Shown here in pieces: positions 17,629 to 27,608 of a DNA stretch of 57,760 bases. Source of the DNA: Nitrospinota bacterium (GTDB lineage Bacteria > Nitrospinota > Nitrospinia > JACRGO01); NCBI GenBank assembly GCA_016212295.1, contig JACRGO010000073.1, positions 1 to 57,760 on the forward strand, in the 5' to 3' direction. Made by a program: the position numbers and the translations under genes. Position 1 is the first letter of the stretch. The number at the start of each line of letters is the position of its first letter. The notes under the pieces are model-generated. The model had not been told where the DNA came from and made no database searches. It saw only the letters and a list, made by a program, of their open reading frames with translations.

Positions 17629-20316
17629 ATGAAAAAGTATTCCTTTCGCGCTTTTGCTCTCATCCTTATAATTTTTTCTTTTGCCGGCGCAGGCTTTCCC
17701 AGCCGCGCCTTCGGCGCGGACGCCTTCACAGCCATGAATATTTCCGCTGGAAATTCTTTTACCCTTATCATTACCGATGGCGGGAAAGTCCTGGCCTGGG
17801 GGCGAAATTCCGAAGGCCAACTAGGGGACGGGACAAAGAAGACAAGTTTTTCTTCAGTGGAGGTGAAAAATCTTGCGGATGTGAGTTCCATTTCCGCTGG
17901 AGGAAAATTTTCCATGGCCCTGAAAAAGAACGGGACCGTATGGGTTTGGGGGGACAATACCTATGGCCAGTTGGGGGATGGAACCACGGAAATGAAGAAT
18001 AGCCCGGTCCAAGTGCCGGGCCTTTCTGATGTGATTGCTATTGACGCTGGAGGCGCGCATGCCCTTGCCCTGAAAAAAGACGGGACTCTTTGGGCCTGGG
18101 GACAAAATTCTTATGCCCAGTTGGGGAATGGGACCACTGAGCACAGCTCAAGCCCGGTGCAGATGCTGGGTCTTGCCAACATAAAGATAAAAGCCATTGG
18201 CGCAGGAGAGTACAATTCCTACGCCCTCACGGAAAGTGGCGATGTTTGGGCTGTGGGGAGGTACAATGACGGCGAATTGGGAAACGGCGCCATGAGGCAG
18301 GATGTTGGTGGTTTTTATGAAAGCGTCCCTGTACAGGCCAATATCTCCGGGGTAAAGGACTTTTCCGTTGGGGGCCAACACGTTCTCGCCTTGATGAATG
18401 ATTTAACCGTCTTCCAGTGGGGAAGAAACATCAGCCCTGATCCGGTCAAGGTGACAAACCTTTCCAAGGTAAAGGCCATTGCCGCCGGCGGCCTTCATTC
18501 CCTGGCTATAAAGCAGGATGGGACTCTTTGGGCCTGGGGAGACAACCAGTCCGGCCAGTTGGGGAACGGCGGATATGTGAAGCAGGATGAGCCTGTTCAG
18601 GTCAAGCAATCCAAGTCTCCTGAAACATTTTTTTCCAAGGCAGCCGCCATTGCGGGAGGCTGGCAGCATACTATTGCAATTGCGGGAAGCGGGGCCCTTT
18701 GGGCCTGGGGAGACAATCACGAAGGGGAGTTGGGGACAAAGCTTGAAAGTGGATACAACAGCACTTATCCAGTCTCCATAGGCTCCAAGGCTGGTACTGG
18801 AGGCGGAACGACCGGCGGAGGAGGAACAACCGGAGGAGGTACTAGCGGAGGCACTGGCGGTAGTGGTGGAACAAGCGGAGGGGGGACCAAGGGAGACTGC
18901 GCGAAAGGATCGGGAAAGACTGGCAATATTTTCCAGGACGTAGCCACTTCTATATGCGAAGGTCCAAAGGATAAAACCGTTACCCCAAGAGATAAAGAAA
19001 AACCCTGGAGCGGCGTGGGGGAAGACATTTATGAAAAGGAAGGAAAAAAGGGTGGGGGGGGAACGGGCGGGTCCACTGGAGGCGGGTCCACAGGTGGCGG
19101 CTCCACAAGTGGCGGCTCAGGAACTGGAGGCACAACCAGCGGCGGGTCAACGGGAGGTGGATCTGGCACGAGAGGGCCCGCCATCAGCGCCATTAAAGTC
19201 GCCGCAGGCCTTGGGCATACCGTTGCCCTTAAAAAGGACGGATCGGTTTGGGCATGGGGAAGCAATCGGTATGGCATGTTGGGGGTGGGGAAAGATGATT
19301 TAAAATTGGGCAAATATCAAAATTATAACTTTACAAGCGTCCCATCCAAGGTGATTAATCTTACAGATGTGGAAGACATCGCGGCCGGGCGTTACCATAC
19401 TATTGCCCTCCGGAAGGACGGCACGGTTTGGACTTGGGGATATAATACATTCGGCCAGCTTGGGGATGGGACCAACAATGACGGCAACAAGCCCGTCAAG
19501 GTGAAAAATCTTACGCAGGTGAAGGCCATAGCGGCCGGAGATTATTTCAGCCTGGCGCTTAAAAAGGACGGCACTGTTTGGGCCTGGGGAATAAACAAAG
19601 AGTCCCAATTGGGAACAGACGCTAAAATAACCGGCGATGGGAGCAATGTGCCGGTCCAGGTGGAAAACATTTCAAACGCCAAGGCCATTGCCGCTGGGGC
19701 CGCAACCGGTTTCGCCATCCTTGGTGACGGCTCCGTTTGGGGATGGGGCTATAATCGTTCCGGCGAGATAGGAAACGGAGAAAAATTAAAAAATGCACAG
19801 GCGCCTGTACAGGTTAAAAATGTTTCAAATGTGGGGTCCATCGCTGTGGGCGAAAGCTCTTCCCTTGCCCTCATGAAGGACGGGACTGTATGGGGATGGG
19901 GATGTTCCTCAGTGGTCACGAAATGCCAGTTTGATCCTTACCAATTGGATTTATCAGATCTTTCCAACGTGGCGGCCGTGGACGCCGGAGGCGCTCATGC
20001 ACTTATATTAAAAGATAACGGGACCGTTTACGCATGGGGAAGCGGCGTTTCCGGCCAGTTGGGGGATGGGAAACATGGGTGGATCGGACCAGGCAGAACG
20101 GCGCATGAAAGCGAGGTCCTCGAAAAAACGCAGGGCCTGGCGAACATTAAGGCCATAGCTTGCGGCTTGCAGCATTCACTGGCCATAAAACAGGATGGGA
20201 CCATTTGGGCGTGGGGGGACAACAATTCCGGCCAATGTGGAGTAGACCCGGTAAAACCGGGCCTTTCCACCAATGACAATGACGAACTTAAACCCGTTAA
20301 GGTGTATGGGCCATAG
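17629..20316 (+). CDS. Secreted RCC1/BLIP-II repeat protein with two propellers and Gly/Thr/Ser linkers
   Basis: GGAGG RBS, signal peptide, about 14 repeats of IAAG..HSLAL..DGTVWAWG.N..GQLG; two GGT/GGS tracts around a short two-Cys segment. Confidence 0.9.
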   Translation: MKKYSFRAFALILIIFSFAGAGFPSRAFGADAFTAMNISAGNSFTLIITDGGKVLAWGRNSEGQLGDGTKKTSFSSVEVKNLADVSSISAGGKFSMALKKNGTVWVWGDNTYGQLGDGTTEMKNSPVQVPGLSDVIAIDAGGAHALALKKDGTLWAWGQNSYAQLGNGTTEHSSSPVQMLGLANIKIKAIGAGEYNSYALTESGDVWAVGRYNDGELGNGAMRQDVGGFYESVPVQANISGVKDFSVGGQHVLALMNDLTVFQWGRNISPDPVKVTNLSKVKAIAAGGLHSLAIKQDGTLWAWGDNQSGQLGNGGYVKQDEPVQVKQSKSPETFFSKAAAIAGGWQHTIAIAGSGALWAWGDNHEGELGTKLESGYNSTYPVSIGSKAGTGGGTTGGGGTTGGGTSGGTGGSGGTSGGGTKGDCAKGSGKTGNIFQDVATSICEGPKDKTVTPRDKEKPWSGVGEDIYEKEGKKGGGGTGGSTGGGSTGGGSTSGGSGTGGTTSGGSTGGGSGTRGPAISAIKVAAGLGHTVALKKDGSVWAWGSNRYGMLGVGKDDLKLGKYQNYNFTSVPSKVINLTDVEDIAAGRYHTIALRKDGTVWTWGYNTFGQLGDGTNNDGNKPVKVKNLTQVKAIAAGDYFSLALKKDGTVWAWGINKESQLGTDAKITGDGSNVPVQVENISNAKAIAAGAATGFAILGDGSVWGWGYNRSGEIGNGEKLKNAQAPVQVKNVSNVGSIAVGESSSLALMKDGTVWGWGCSSVVTKCQFDPYQLDLSDLSNVAAVDAGGAHALILKDNGTVYAWGSGVSGQLGDGKHGWIGPGRTAHESEVLEKTQGLANIKAIACGLQHSLAIKQDGTIWAWGDNNSGQCGVDPVKPGLSTNDNDELKPVKVYGP

Positions 20317-20364
20317 GCGGCCACAACGGCCAATAGCCATTGGTCATTGACTGATAAAAAAACA

Positions 20365-20593
20365 GTAACAGCTCACGGGTGCCATGAAAAACCAGATAAA
20401 GCCTCATTAGCTATTTTTTTAAATCCCCCTTAATCCCCCTTGCAAGGGGGAATTAAAGCAGAGCCGATCTAGGGGAGTTATCCATTTTAGGGGCCTTTTC
20501 CGTATTCCCCCTTACCAAAGGGGGACCAGGGGGGATGCGGTTTCCCCTGCAATTGGGCGTGAAGCAGTTTTCCCTGACACCGTGAACTATTAC
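20365..20593. mobile_element. MITE family B, copy 2, carrying CCCCCT/AGGGGG palindromes
   Basis: TIRs GTAACAGCTCAC / GTGAACTATTAC; flanks A7CA and A8CA (TSD with homopolymer slip). Confidence 0.75.
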
Positions 20594-20667
20594 AAAAAAA
20601 ACATTAAAGAATTATATTCCAGCGGCCGATAATGAAAGCATCTTAAACCATTTTCAGGAGAAAAATA

Positions 20668-21435
20668 ATGAGGGGAATAATTTTAATTTTAGTTCTTGTT
20701 TTTTCCATGATGTCCCAAACCATACATGGGAAGGAATCGCAAGAGAACAGCCATTTTGATAAAAAAAATTCCTTTTCCGCGAAAGGGGGATACCATATTT
20801 TCATGGACAGCGGTTTCACGGACGCCTGGAACCCTTCCCGGCAAGCCATAAACGAATCGAATATCAATGACAGCGGCGACATGAACGGCGGCGTTGGGGA
20901 ATTGGCCTACGAAAGAATACTCTACGAAAATATCCTCGGTGCGGAGATTGCCATCGGATATTTCATCGCTGGCAAGAATTATAATTATTTGATTACAAGC
21001 GGGGGATCAACCACTACTTCCTCAACCGACATAAAAATAGAAAGCCTGTACATTTCCCCGTCTTTCAAACTCCATTTGCCGGTCCTGGATTCCTTTGCAT
21101 TCTACGCCGGAGGAGGCCCTGATTATTATAAAACCTGGATAAGGCATGGCATTCAGTCAGGAAGCGCTTCTGTTAACAGGGAGGGGACTTTCAATACCTT
21201 CGGATTTCACGGCCTGGGAGGAGTGGACTGGTTCGTCTTCAAGAAACCTTCGGAGGGTGAATACGACATACCCCTAAGCCTCTTCGCGGAATATAAATAT
21301 ACAAGGGTAAAAGTAAACGACGCCGATAAGGCAATCATTGATTACACCAACATGAGCACCGGAAGCGCTTATTCAAAAAATGATTTAGAGATTGGCGGCC
21401 ACTCATTGCTCTTCGGCGTGAGGTGGCATTTTTAA
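20668..21435 (+). CDS. Outer-membrane beta-barrel protein (OmpW/porin-like)
   Basis: Signal peptide; FYAGGG, FGFHGLGG, LFAEYKY; C-terminal GVRWHF. Confidence 0.8.
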   Translation: MRGIILILVLVFSMMSQTIHGKESQENSHFDKKNSFSAKGGYHIFMDSGFTDAWNPSRQAINESNINDSGDMNGGVGELAYERILYENILGAEIAIGYFIAGKNYNYLITSGGSTTTSSTDIKIESLYISPSFKLHLPVLDSFAFYAGGGPDYYKTWIRHGIQSGSASVNREGTFNTFGFHGLGGVDWFVFKKPSEGEYDIPLSLFAEYKYTRVKVNDADKAIIDYTNMSTGSAYSKNDLEIGGHSLLFGVRWHF

Positions 21436-21531
21436 AATCAGGGAACTGCACACATCGAACGTCGAAATGAGTCATGTGCCATGAGCCTATGACCCGCCAC
21501 GCATGACTCATGACGCGCTCCCTTCCTCGAT

Positions 21532-23451
21532 TCATCCCTGCGTGGAATCCCTTTCCAAAATCCTTGGGGTGATGAATATCAGCAATTCCTCCTCCCCCTC
21601 CACATCGTCCTTATTCTTGAACAGCCATCCCAGGGCAGGGACCCTTGACAGCCATGGCACTCCTTTATTGGTATTCGTCGCCGTTTTCTTGAAAAGCCCC
21701 CCCAGCACGATGGTATCGCCGTTTCTCACTATAATCTCGGTGGTCACGGTCCTGGTGGATATTGAAGGCACTCCGCTCGTCGATTTTATGGAAGAATCCG
21801 GCTCGTCCTTTGCCGCATTGATTACAAGAGAAACATAACCGTCGGGCGTGATATGCGGCGTGGTGGCAAGCTTGATGGTGGCGTTCTTCCATTCCGTCGC
21901 GGTGCCGTCCTGCGAAACAGTCTCATATGGTATGGAGTTCCCGCTTTCAATGGACGCCTGAACATTGTCCTTGGTGGTAATCCTAGGATTGGAGATGATT
22001 TTCCCTTTTCCCGCGCTCTCAAGGGCGCTCAATTGGATGTCCAGATAATTACCATCAACAACATGCCCCAGAACCACTCCTAAAGCCCCTCCAGCGCCGG
22101 CGCCGGCCGCTGCAGGGAGGTCCACCACGTAATTTCCCCCTGCACCGCCATTCAGCCCAATGTTATTAGGAAAGGTGCTATTGGTCAGCATGTCCGCGTT
22201 GCCGCCCCAACGGATTCCAAGTTGCTTGGAGTAATTCCTTTTGACCTCAACTATTCTGGCCTCTATGGAAACCTGTTTTGGAGGGGTGTCAAGGATATGT
22301 ATGAGGTCTTGCATTTTTTTCAGGCTTTCCTTGACGTCCACGAGGATCAGGGTAAAAGTCCTTTGGTCCACGGTTATCTTGCCCCTCTCGCTTTTCAGGC
22401 CGTCAAGATTCGCCGATAGTTTATCTATATCGGCGTAATTAATCTTCACTGTTTCCGTGATCAATGGCTCGGCCTGGATCTTGGCGGTTTTTTCCTCAAT
22501 GAGCTTCTTTCTCGATTCCAGCCTGGCCTGCTTCTCCTGGTCAACCTGCGCCTTGGTGGCCACGCGGATGATATTCCCCTCCCTTGTCATGCCAAGGTTA
22601 TTGTTTTTCAGGACGATATCCAATGCCTGGTCCCACGGAACGTTCATCAGCCGCATGGTCACGGTCCCCTGGACCTCCGGGGTGGTAATCACATTCAATC
22701 CGCTCACCTCGGCCAGAAGGCGCAGGATGTTTTTCACGTCAGCGTTTTGAAAATCCAGGGACACCCGCTGTCCTGTATAAGTCTTGGGACCGGTTTCACT
22801 GAAAATAAATTCCTCGTCCAGCGCCCCCTCTTCCTTGGCCGCGCCATTGGTTTTATTTGGAGATTCCTGGGCAAGGATGGCCTTTGGCGCGCTTTCCTGC
22901 TTGCCAGCCACAGGCTGATTCCCGGCCTTTTGCGCGGCCGTTTTTTCAACCGGAACCACCTCCGCGCCTCCAGCGGCTTTCTCGGTGGAAGGATTTTTAA
23001 TCTCAATGGCTATGCTGTTTTCATCCCTTTTGTCGATATTATATTCCGTGGGCTTATCAAGAGCCACTTCGACGCGGGTTGAATTGCTCTCGGGAAAATA
23101 CATAGGGGTGACCTTTCTTACGCCCCCCTGGTCCACGATCAAGGGGTTCTGAAAATTCCCAGGCTCCGTATTTTCCAATTCCACCATCAACCGTTCCGGA
23201 TCGGGCAGTTTATAGGCGCTATATTGAATCTTCTTGTCCGACCGCAACAGGATATTGACCTGTCCGGTTGAAATTTCCGATTCCAAGGAAACTATTTTCC
23301 CAGCCTCCTTCGGCGCCGCAACCGCGGACGGCTTGGCGCTCTCCTCTTGTTTTTCCGAGGGAGAGAATATTTTATCCTTTAGGACGCATCCGTTGAATAT
23401 CTGGAAGGTAAGGATAAAACAAAGGGCCAATGGTATTATCTTTGGAGTCAT
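21532..23451 (-). CDS. pilQ: Type IV pilus secretin with AMIN domain
   Basis: Lipobox-like FNGC, AMIN (PERLMVEL), YTGQRVSLDFQNADV, VPWDQALD, QVSIEARIVE, ELLIFITPRI. Confidence 0.95.
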   Translation of the reverse strand: MTPKIIPLALCFILTFQIFNGCVLKDKIFSPSEKQEESAKPSAVAAPKEAGKIVSLESEISTGQVNILLRSDKKIQYSAYKLPDPERLMVELENTEPGNFQNPLIVDQGGVRKVTPMYFPESNSTRVEVALDKPTEYNIDKRDENSIAIEIKNPSTEKAAGGAEVVPVEKTAAQKAGNQPVAGKQESAPKAILAQESPNKTNGAAKEEGALDEEFIFSETGPKTYTGQRVSLDFQNADVKNILRLLAEVSGLNVITTPEVQGTVTMRLMNVPWDQALDIVLKNNNLGMTREGNIIRVATKAQVDQEKQARLESRKKLIEEKTAKIQAEPLITETVKINYADIDKLSANLDGLKSERGKITVDQRTFTLILVDVKESLKKMQDLIHILDTPPKQVSIEARIVEVKRNYSKQLGIRWGGNADMLTNSTFPNNIGLNGGAGGNYVVDLPAAAGAGAGGALGVVLGHVVDGNYLDIQLSALESAGKGKIISNPRITTKDNVQASIESGNSIPYETVSQDGTATEWKNATIKLATTPHITPDGYVSLVINAAKDEPDSSIKSTSGVPSISTRTVTTEIIVRNGDTIVLGGLFKKTATNTNKGVPWLSRVPALGWLFKNKDDVEGEEELLIFITPRILERDSTQG

Positions 23452-23454
23452 GAT

Positions 23455-26127
23455 CTATTCCTCCTCTTTCTTTAGCTTGAATTTTTTTGTTTTAGTTGAT
23501 ATTTTGCCCACGTAATCCCTGATATTTTCCTCAACCATTACCTGGTCCTTGGTTATTGAGGCCACTTTCCCATAGTTAGTCCCTACTATGTCCCCGGCCT
23601 TGATGGTATATCCCTTCTGGTCCGAGCCCTGCACTAGGGCGAAATTCTGCTTCTCTCCAACCACAATGCCGACTATCGTCAAGGAATCAAGGTCTATGTT
23701 CAAGGGACTGATTACCTTGGCTTTATATTCGGAATTCAGCTTGGAGACCATCGCGGAATACTCAGCCAACCTTTGATTTACCTCCTCTTCCGGCCTTTTT
23801 TCCAGTTTTTTTGAGTCCTTGAAGTATTCCGTCAAATCCTCAATCTTGCCTGTAAGTTTAGGGTCTTCCTTTTGGGCGCGTGAATAAAGATACATGTTGA
23901 TCGGCTCAACCTTCGATAGTTCCTTCCAAAGGCTGGAGATGTCCACGGTCGGCGCCGACTGGATTATTTCCATGTCTATCAGAGAGGCAAAGGGATCGCG
24001 CAATTGTTGTCCCATGTAAGTCGCGCTATAAATAAATTCTTCTGGCTCCTCTTTTTTCTCCTGGGGCGTTTCCTGGGACCCTTCCTTGGCTTCCTTTTTC
24101 TCCTCCTTGGAGTCTGCTTTTATTTCCCCCCCTTTTTCAGGGGCCATGATGCCTTTTTCCCCGCCGGCGGCCTCCTGGACGGTTTTTCCTTCCTCCGCCG
24201 TGGGCGGCGGTTGTGGAAGGGAAGTTTCCTTCTTTGTTGGAGGAGGCTCTATTTTTTTCTCTTCCTGAGAGGCCGCTGTTTTCTCTTTTTCCTTTTCAGC
24301 CGGTGGAACAACCGCTGGTTTTTGCGGTTCCGACTCGGCAACCTTGGCCGTCGACGGCGGTCCAGGCTCGACAGCCTTCGCGCCCGCCGGTTGCTCCATC
24401 CTTGCCGTTGCCGCGGGTTTAGGGGCCGCGGCCCCCTTTTTCCTGACCGTGGGGAGATCCTTCAACCCGATAAAAGTTGTTTGTTTTATTTTTTCAGGAG
24501 TGAATACCGTTTCCATAGCCAGGGATTCCATCACGCCCGCAAGATAGAGGATTTCCCCTGGCTCGGGACTTGTCTTGGCGAAACCAGACAGCAACTCCCG
24601 GGGGATATTTTTCAGACCGGATTCAGCCAAGGCGATCAGCTTGGTTGTGTCAAAAAAAAACAGGAGATGATTATTTGGAGAAACCCCGGAAGAAGCATAC
24701 ACTTTATTTTTTTCCAGGGAGGGTTTTTCTTGCCGGATGGCGTCTATAATATTATCCGCCAAGTTTTCTCCAATGGCTAAAAACAAAAAATTTTCATGGA
24801 AAAAATAATCAAACGGCGGGGCAGGGTCGTTTTTTACCCGGTTTATTTCAAATTCCTTGTAACTCCTTTTTTCTATCGCGGAGTTGAGTGATTTTTCCAC
24901 TAGCTTGGCCGCTTGCTGGACATCTTTTACCTCCAATGCCGCCGCAATGCCTGGTAAAAATTTTTCCACATCTCCGCTTCCAACGACTGCCAGACACCAT
25001 TCCTGGCCCAGAAGCGGCAAAACCTCCTCTTCCCATAAAATAACATTCCCTTCCTTTCCAACGCCCCCGAATAAAGAAAAAGCTTGAAGCATCGGTCCGG
25101 CTTGCGCCATTTTTTCCTTGAAATACTGGACTATCTCTCCAGCGTTCATCCTCTGAACACCGAGGTACAGCATGGCTTCTGACGGCATTAAATGAAGGGT
25201 TTGTAAAACCTCGGGCACGGCGGAAACCCAATTCCCGCTGAAACCGGCTGTTTTTCCCGGGCCAGCGGAAAAATCCGTTTGAACCTTGATCCCCTTCTCC
25301 ATGGAGACCCTGGAAAAGAAGGCCTCAACAATGGTTTCCTTCTCCACGGCTTCTTGCGGCGGCCCTTCCGCCAAATGAAACAATTCTTCCAGTTTTGCGT
25401 TGTCAACATACATCCCATATCTGGTCGCGGCCATGGATTTTCCTACGTTTTTCACATATAGCGGAGAGTCAACAATCCTCTGGATGTCCCCCCCCTCCGC
25501 TATGCCAAGCGAAAGCTTGAGCGTGTCCAGGGAGTTGGACATGACCATCGCGCCGTTAACCAACGCGTAATGGATAGGAATCCCAAATAGACCTTCCGGG
25601 ACGCTCGTGACCGCGAAATTCCCGAACCGTTGCTTCACGAAATCCCCCTTCCCGGAGTAAGACATGTATTTTTGGCCGAGGAATTCCTCTATGTAAAAGA
25701 GAGGTCCGGTCTTGGTCGTGATGAGAAAGGAAATTTTTTCCTTTTTGGAGGGAAAAAACGCCAGGGCCACATCCTGCCCGAAAGCCCCAAGGAAGACCTC
25801 TTCCGACAATAACGATTGAAGCCTTTCCCTGGTTCCCAGGCTCTCCGGCGGCTGGACTATTGACGTAATGAGAGGAGACACCTGATATTCAGCCAGTTGA
25901 AGGAAAAATTTTGAACGGCTGAATCCTTCCCAGGTTTCCCCTAGGCCTTTAATGAAAAATACCAGCGCCGCTCCACCAGGGACGAGTTGTTCCACGTTTT
26001 TCTCGCCTTGAGAATAAGCGGGGGGATAGGAGCGAACGGCCTGTTTATTCCTCTGGTAAAGAAAAAACCCCGCGCCAGCGGACCCTATGATACCGGTAAT
26101 TATAAGAGCCGAAAGAAATTTTCTCAT
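23455..26127 (-). CDS. pilP: PilP-domain protein fused to a large membrane-anchored N-terminal (DUF3352-like) region
   Basis: C-terminal RDPF...LTIVGIV...ALVQ...GYTIKAGDIVGTNYGKVASIT..VMVEE; occupies the pilP position; N-terminal TM, ~550-aa domain, Pro/Ala/Glu/Lys linker. Confidence 0.8.
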   Translation of the reverse strand: MRKFLSALIITGIIGSAGAGFFLYQRNKQAVRSYPPAYSQGEKNVEQLVPGGAALVFFIKGLGETWEGFSRSKFFLQLAEYQVSPLITSIVQPPESLGTRERLQSLLSEEVFLGAFGQDVALAFFPSKKEKISFLITTKTGPLFYIEEFLGQKYMSYSGKGDFVKQRFGNFAVTSVPEGLFGIPIHYALVNGAMVMSNSLDTLKLSLGIAEGGDIQRIVDSPLYVKNVGKSMAATRYGMYVDNAKLEELFHLAEGPPQEAVEKETIVEAFFSRVSMEKGIKVQTDFSAGPGKTAGFSGNWVSAVPEVLQTLHLMPSEAMLYLGVQRMNAGEIVQYFKEKMAQAGPMLQAFSLFGGVGKEGNVILWEEEVLPLLGQEWCLAVVGSGDVEKFLPGIAAALEVKDVQQAAKLVEKSLNSAIEKRSYKEFEINRVKNDPAPPFDYFFHENFLFLAIGENLADNIIDAIRQEKPSLEKNKVYASSGVSPNNHLLFFFDTTKLIALAESGLKNIPRELLSGFAKTSPEPGEILYLAGVMESLAMETVFTPEKIKQTTFIGLKDLPTVRKKGAAAPKPAATARMEQPAGAKAVEPGPPSTAKVAESEPQKPAVVPPAEKEKEKTAASQEEKKIEPPPTKKETSLPQPPPTAEEGKTVQEAAGGEKGIMAPEKGGEIKADSKEEKKEAKEGSQETPQEKKEEPEEFIYSATYMGQQLRDPFASLIDMEIIQSAPTVDISSLWKELSKVEPINMYLYSRAQKEDPKLTGKIEDLTEYFKDSKKLEKRPEEEVNQRLAEYSAMVSKLNSEYKAKVISPLNIDLDSLTIVGIVVGEKQNFALVQGSDQKGYTIKAGDIVGTNYGKVASITKDQVMVEENIRDYVGKISTKTKKFKLKKEEE

Positions 26128-26173
26128 TTTTGCATGTCAAAATTTTTACGCTTTAATGCGTTGATTTATGAAA

Positions 26174-26189
26174 AGCAAAAACCGTACCC
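26174..26189 (-). promoter_or_regulatory. Putative sigma54 promoter upstream of pilP-pilQ
   Basis: Minus strand GGGTACGGTTTTTGCT fits GG-N10-GC (consensus TGGCACG-N4-TTGCW). Confidence 0.5.
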
Positions 26190-26267
26190 GAACCTTTTGT
26201 GTTAAAAAAATCCTATAATAATTAACAAGGAGCCTTTATCAAAAATAGCGCCTGAAGCGGGATTGTA

Positions 26268-26296
26268 TTGACTTGCGTGATGAACTAATTTATCAT
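26268..26296 (+). promoter_or_regulatory. Sigma70 promoter of the TA operon with overlapping imperfect palindrome
   Basis: TTGACT-N17-TATCAT; TGATGAA-N4-TTTATCA overlaps the -10; ATG only 10 nt further on. Confidence 0.65.
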
Positions 26297-26306
26297 TTTC
26301 CTGATC

Positions 26307-26582
26307 ATGGCCGTTTTCTATAAATCCGCATTCAGAAAATTCGTTAAAAAACAGACAAGGCCTTTTCAACTTGCCATTGAAGATGAAATTGATAGAATTA
26401 AAAATAATCCATCTGTTGGGGAAGATAAAAAGGGAGATTTAGCGGCATTCAAAGTCAGCAAGTTTAAATTCCACCATCAACAATATCTTATTGCATACGA
26501 AATAAATGGTAATGACATAACAATTTATATGATGGGGACTCATGAAAACTTTTATAGGGACCTTAAACGCTATACGGAGTAA
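26307..26582 (+). CDS. Type II toxin, RelE/ParE family
   Basis: FRKFVKKQ...NPSVGEDKKGDL...YLIAY...GTHENFYRDLKRY. Confidence 0.88.
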   Translation: MAVFYKSAFRKFVKKQTRPFQLAIEDEIDRIKNNPSVGEDKKGDLAAFKVSKFKFHHQQYLIAYEINGNDITIYMMGTHENFYRDLKRYTE

Positions 26583-26588
26583 ATAAAT

Positions 26589-26897
26589 ATGATAACAGCA
26601 ATAACAGCGGAAAAAGTTTATAGGGAAATCCTGGAAATGCCGGTAAAGGAAAGGGAGAAACTTTTTATAGTTATAGCAAGGCATGGCTTTGAAAAAGACG
26701 TATACACGCATGATGAGGTGTTTGACGATGTAAGGCGGTCGCCTTTTACAATAAAAGAGGCGGCGGAATATCTTGAGGTAGCGGAGATAACTGTCAGAAG
26801 GTGGACAACACAAGGAGTTTTAAAATCCAAAAGAATCGGCAAAAATATAGTATTTCACGCGGATGAACTTAAATCCTTCAAAAGCAGGAAAATATGA
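26589..26897 (+). CDS. Excisionase/MerR-like HTH protein, probable antitoxin
   Basis: FTIKEAAEYLEVAEITVRRWTTQGVLKSKRIG; 6 nt after the toxin; AT-rich like the toxin. Confidence 0.8.
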   Translation: MITAITAEKVYREILEMPVKEREKLFIVIARHGFEKDVYTHDEVFDDVRRSPFTIKEAAEYLEVAEITVRRWTTQGVLKSKRIGKNIVFHADELKSFKSRKI

Positions 26898-26981
26898 GCA
26901 ACACTGGCCGCTAGGTCATGGCGCGCCAGTTGCCGGGGAAGTTTGCCATTGGCTCCTCGTCACTGGCCACTGAATATATTG

Positions 26982-27608
26982 TTACTTCTTCGCCGGGGCG
27001 GGAGGAGGCGCGGGCTGCTTCTCCGCGCCTTCAATGAATTTGTAGGTGGTGGCGAAACACGATGTTTTAAGGGTAAAGGCGCCCTTTTGCCCTCTTTGGA
27101 CCTGGATATTGATATTCTCAACGTCCACAATTCTCGGCAAGCGCCGGACGCGGTCAAAAAAAGCCATGACCTCATGAAAATTGCCCTGGACTTCCACCCT
27201 TACCGGAACCCTGGCGTAGAAATCCAATACAACCTCTTGTTCCGGTTGAAAAAGCAGAAAGTCGAGGCCTGATTTTTTCCCTTCCTCGCTGATGGTTTTA
27301 AGGAAACTTGGTATTTCCTTTTCTCCAGGCAGTTCTTTTCTCGCTTCAAGCAGATTCTTTTCCAGGGCGCTTATCTTTTCCTTTAACTCAGGGAGTTTTT
27401 TCGCCAACTGCCTTGTTTTTTCCAGATTGGTTTCCACGGTTTTCAAGTCCGCCGAGAGGGACGATATCTGATTTACTCCCTCCATATAGAAAAAGTAGAA
27501 ATACGCGCCGAATATCAAGGCCAATACCCCCCCGACAGCGGCCCAACGCTGCCATTTAGGGAGGCTGTTTAATTGATCGTAAGGTATCTTGTCCAAAATC
27601 TGGTTCAT
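26982..27608 (-). CDS. pilO: Type IV pilus protein PilO
   Basis: TM + coiled coil, LPGEKEIPSFL, FYARVPV, FFDRVRRLPRIV. Confidence 0.93.
   Translation of the reverse strand: MNQILDKIPYDQLNSLPKWQRWAAVGGVLALIFGAYFYFFYMEGVNQISSLSADLKTVETNLEKTRQLAKKLPELKEKISALEKNLLEARKELPGEKEIPSFLKTISEEGKKSGLDFLLFQPEQEVVLDFYARVPVRVEVQGNFHEVMAFFDRVRRLPRIVDVENINIQVQRGQKGAFTLKTSCFATTYKFIEGAEKQPAPPPAPAKK

Noticed and set aside
18790-19170. GGC/GGA-rich tracts as a DNA repeat element
   Set aside because: They encode Gly/Thr/Ser linkers with varied codons inside the RCC1 gene.
17629-20316. RCC1 internal repeats as DGR template/variable repeats
   Set aside because: Ordinary protein repeats, no adenine-specific pattern noticed, and no reverse transcriptase in the window.
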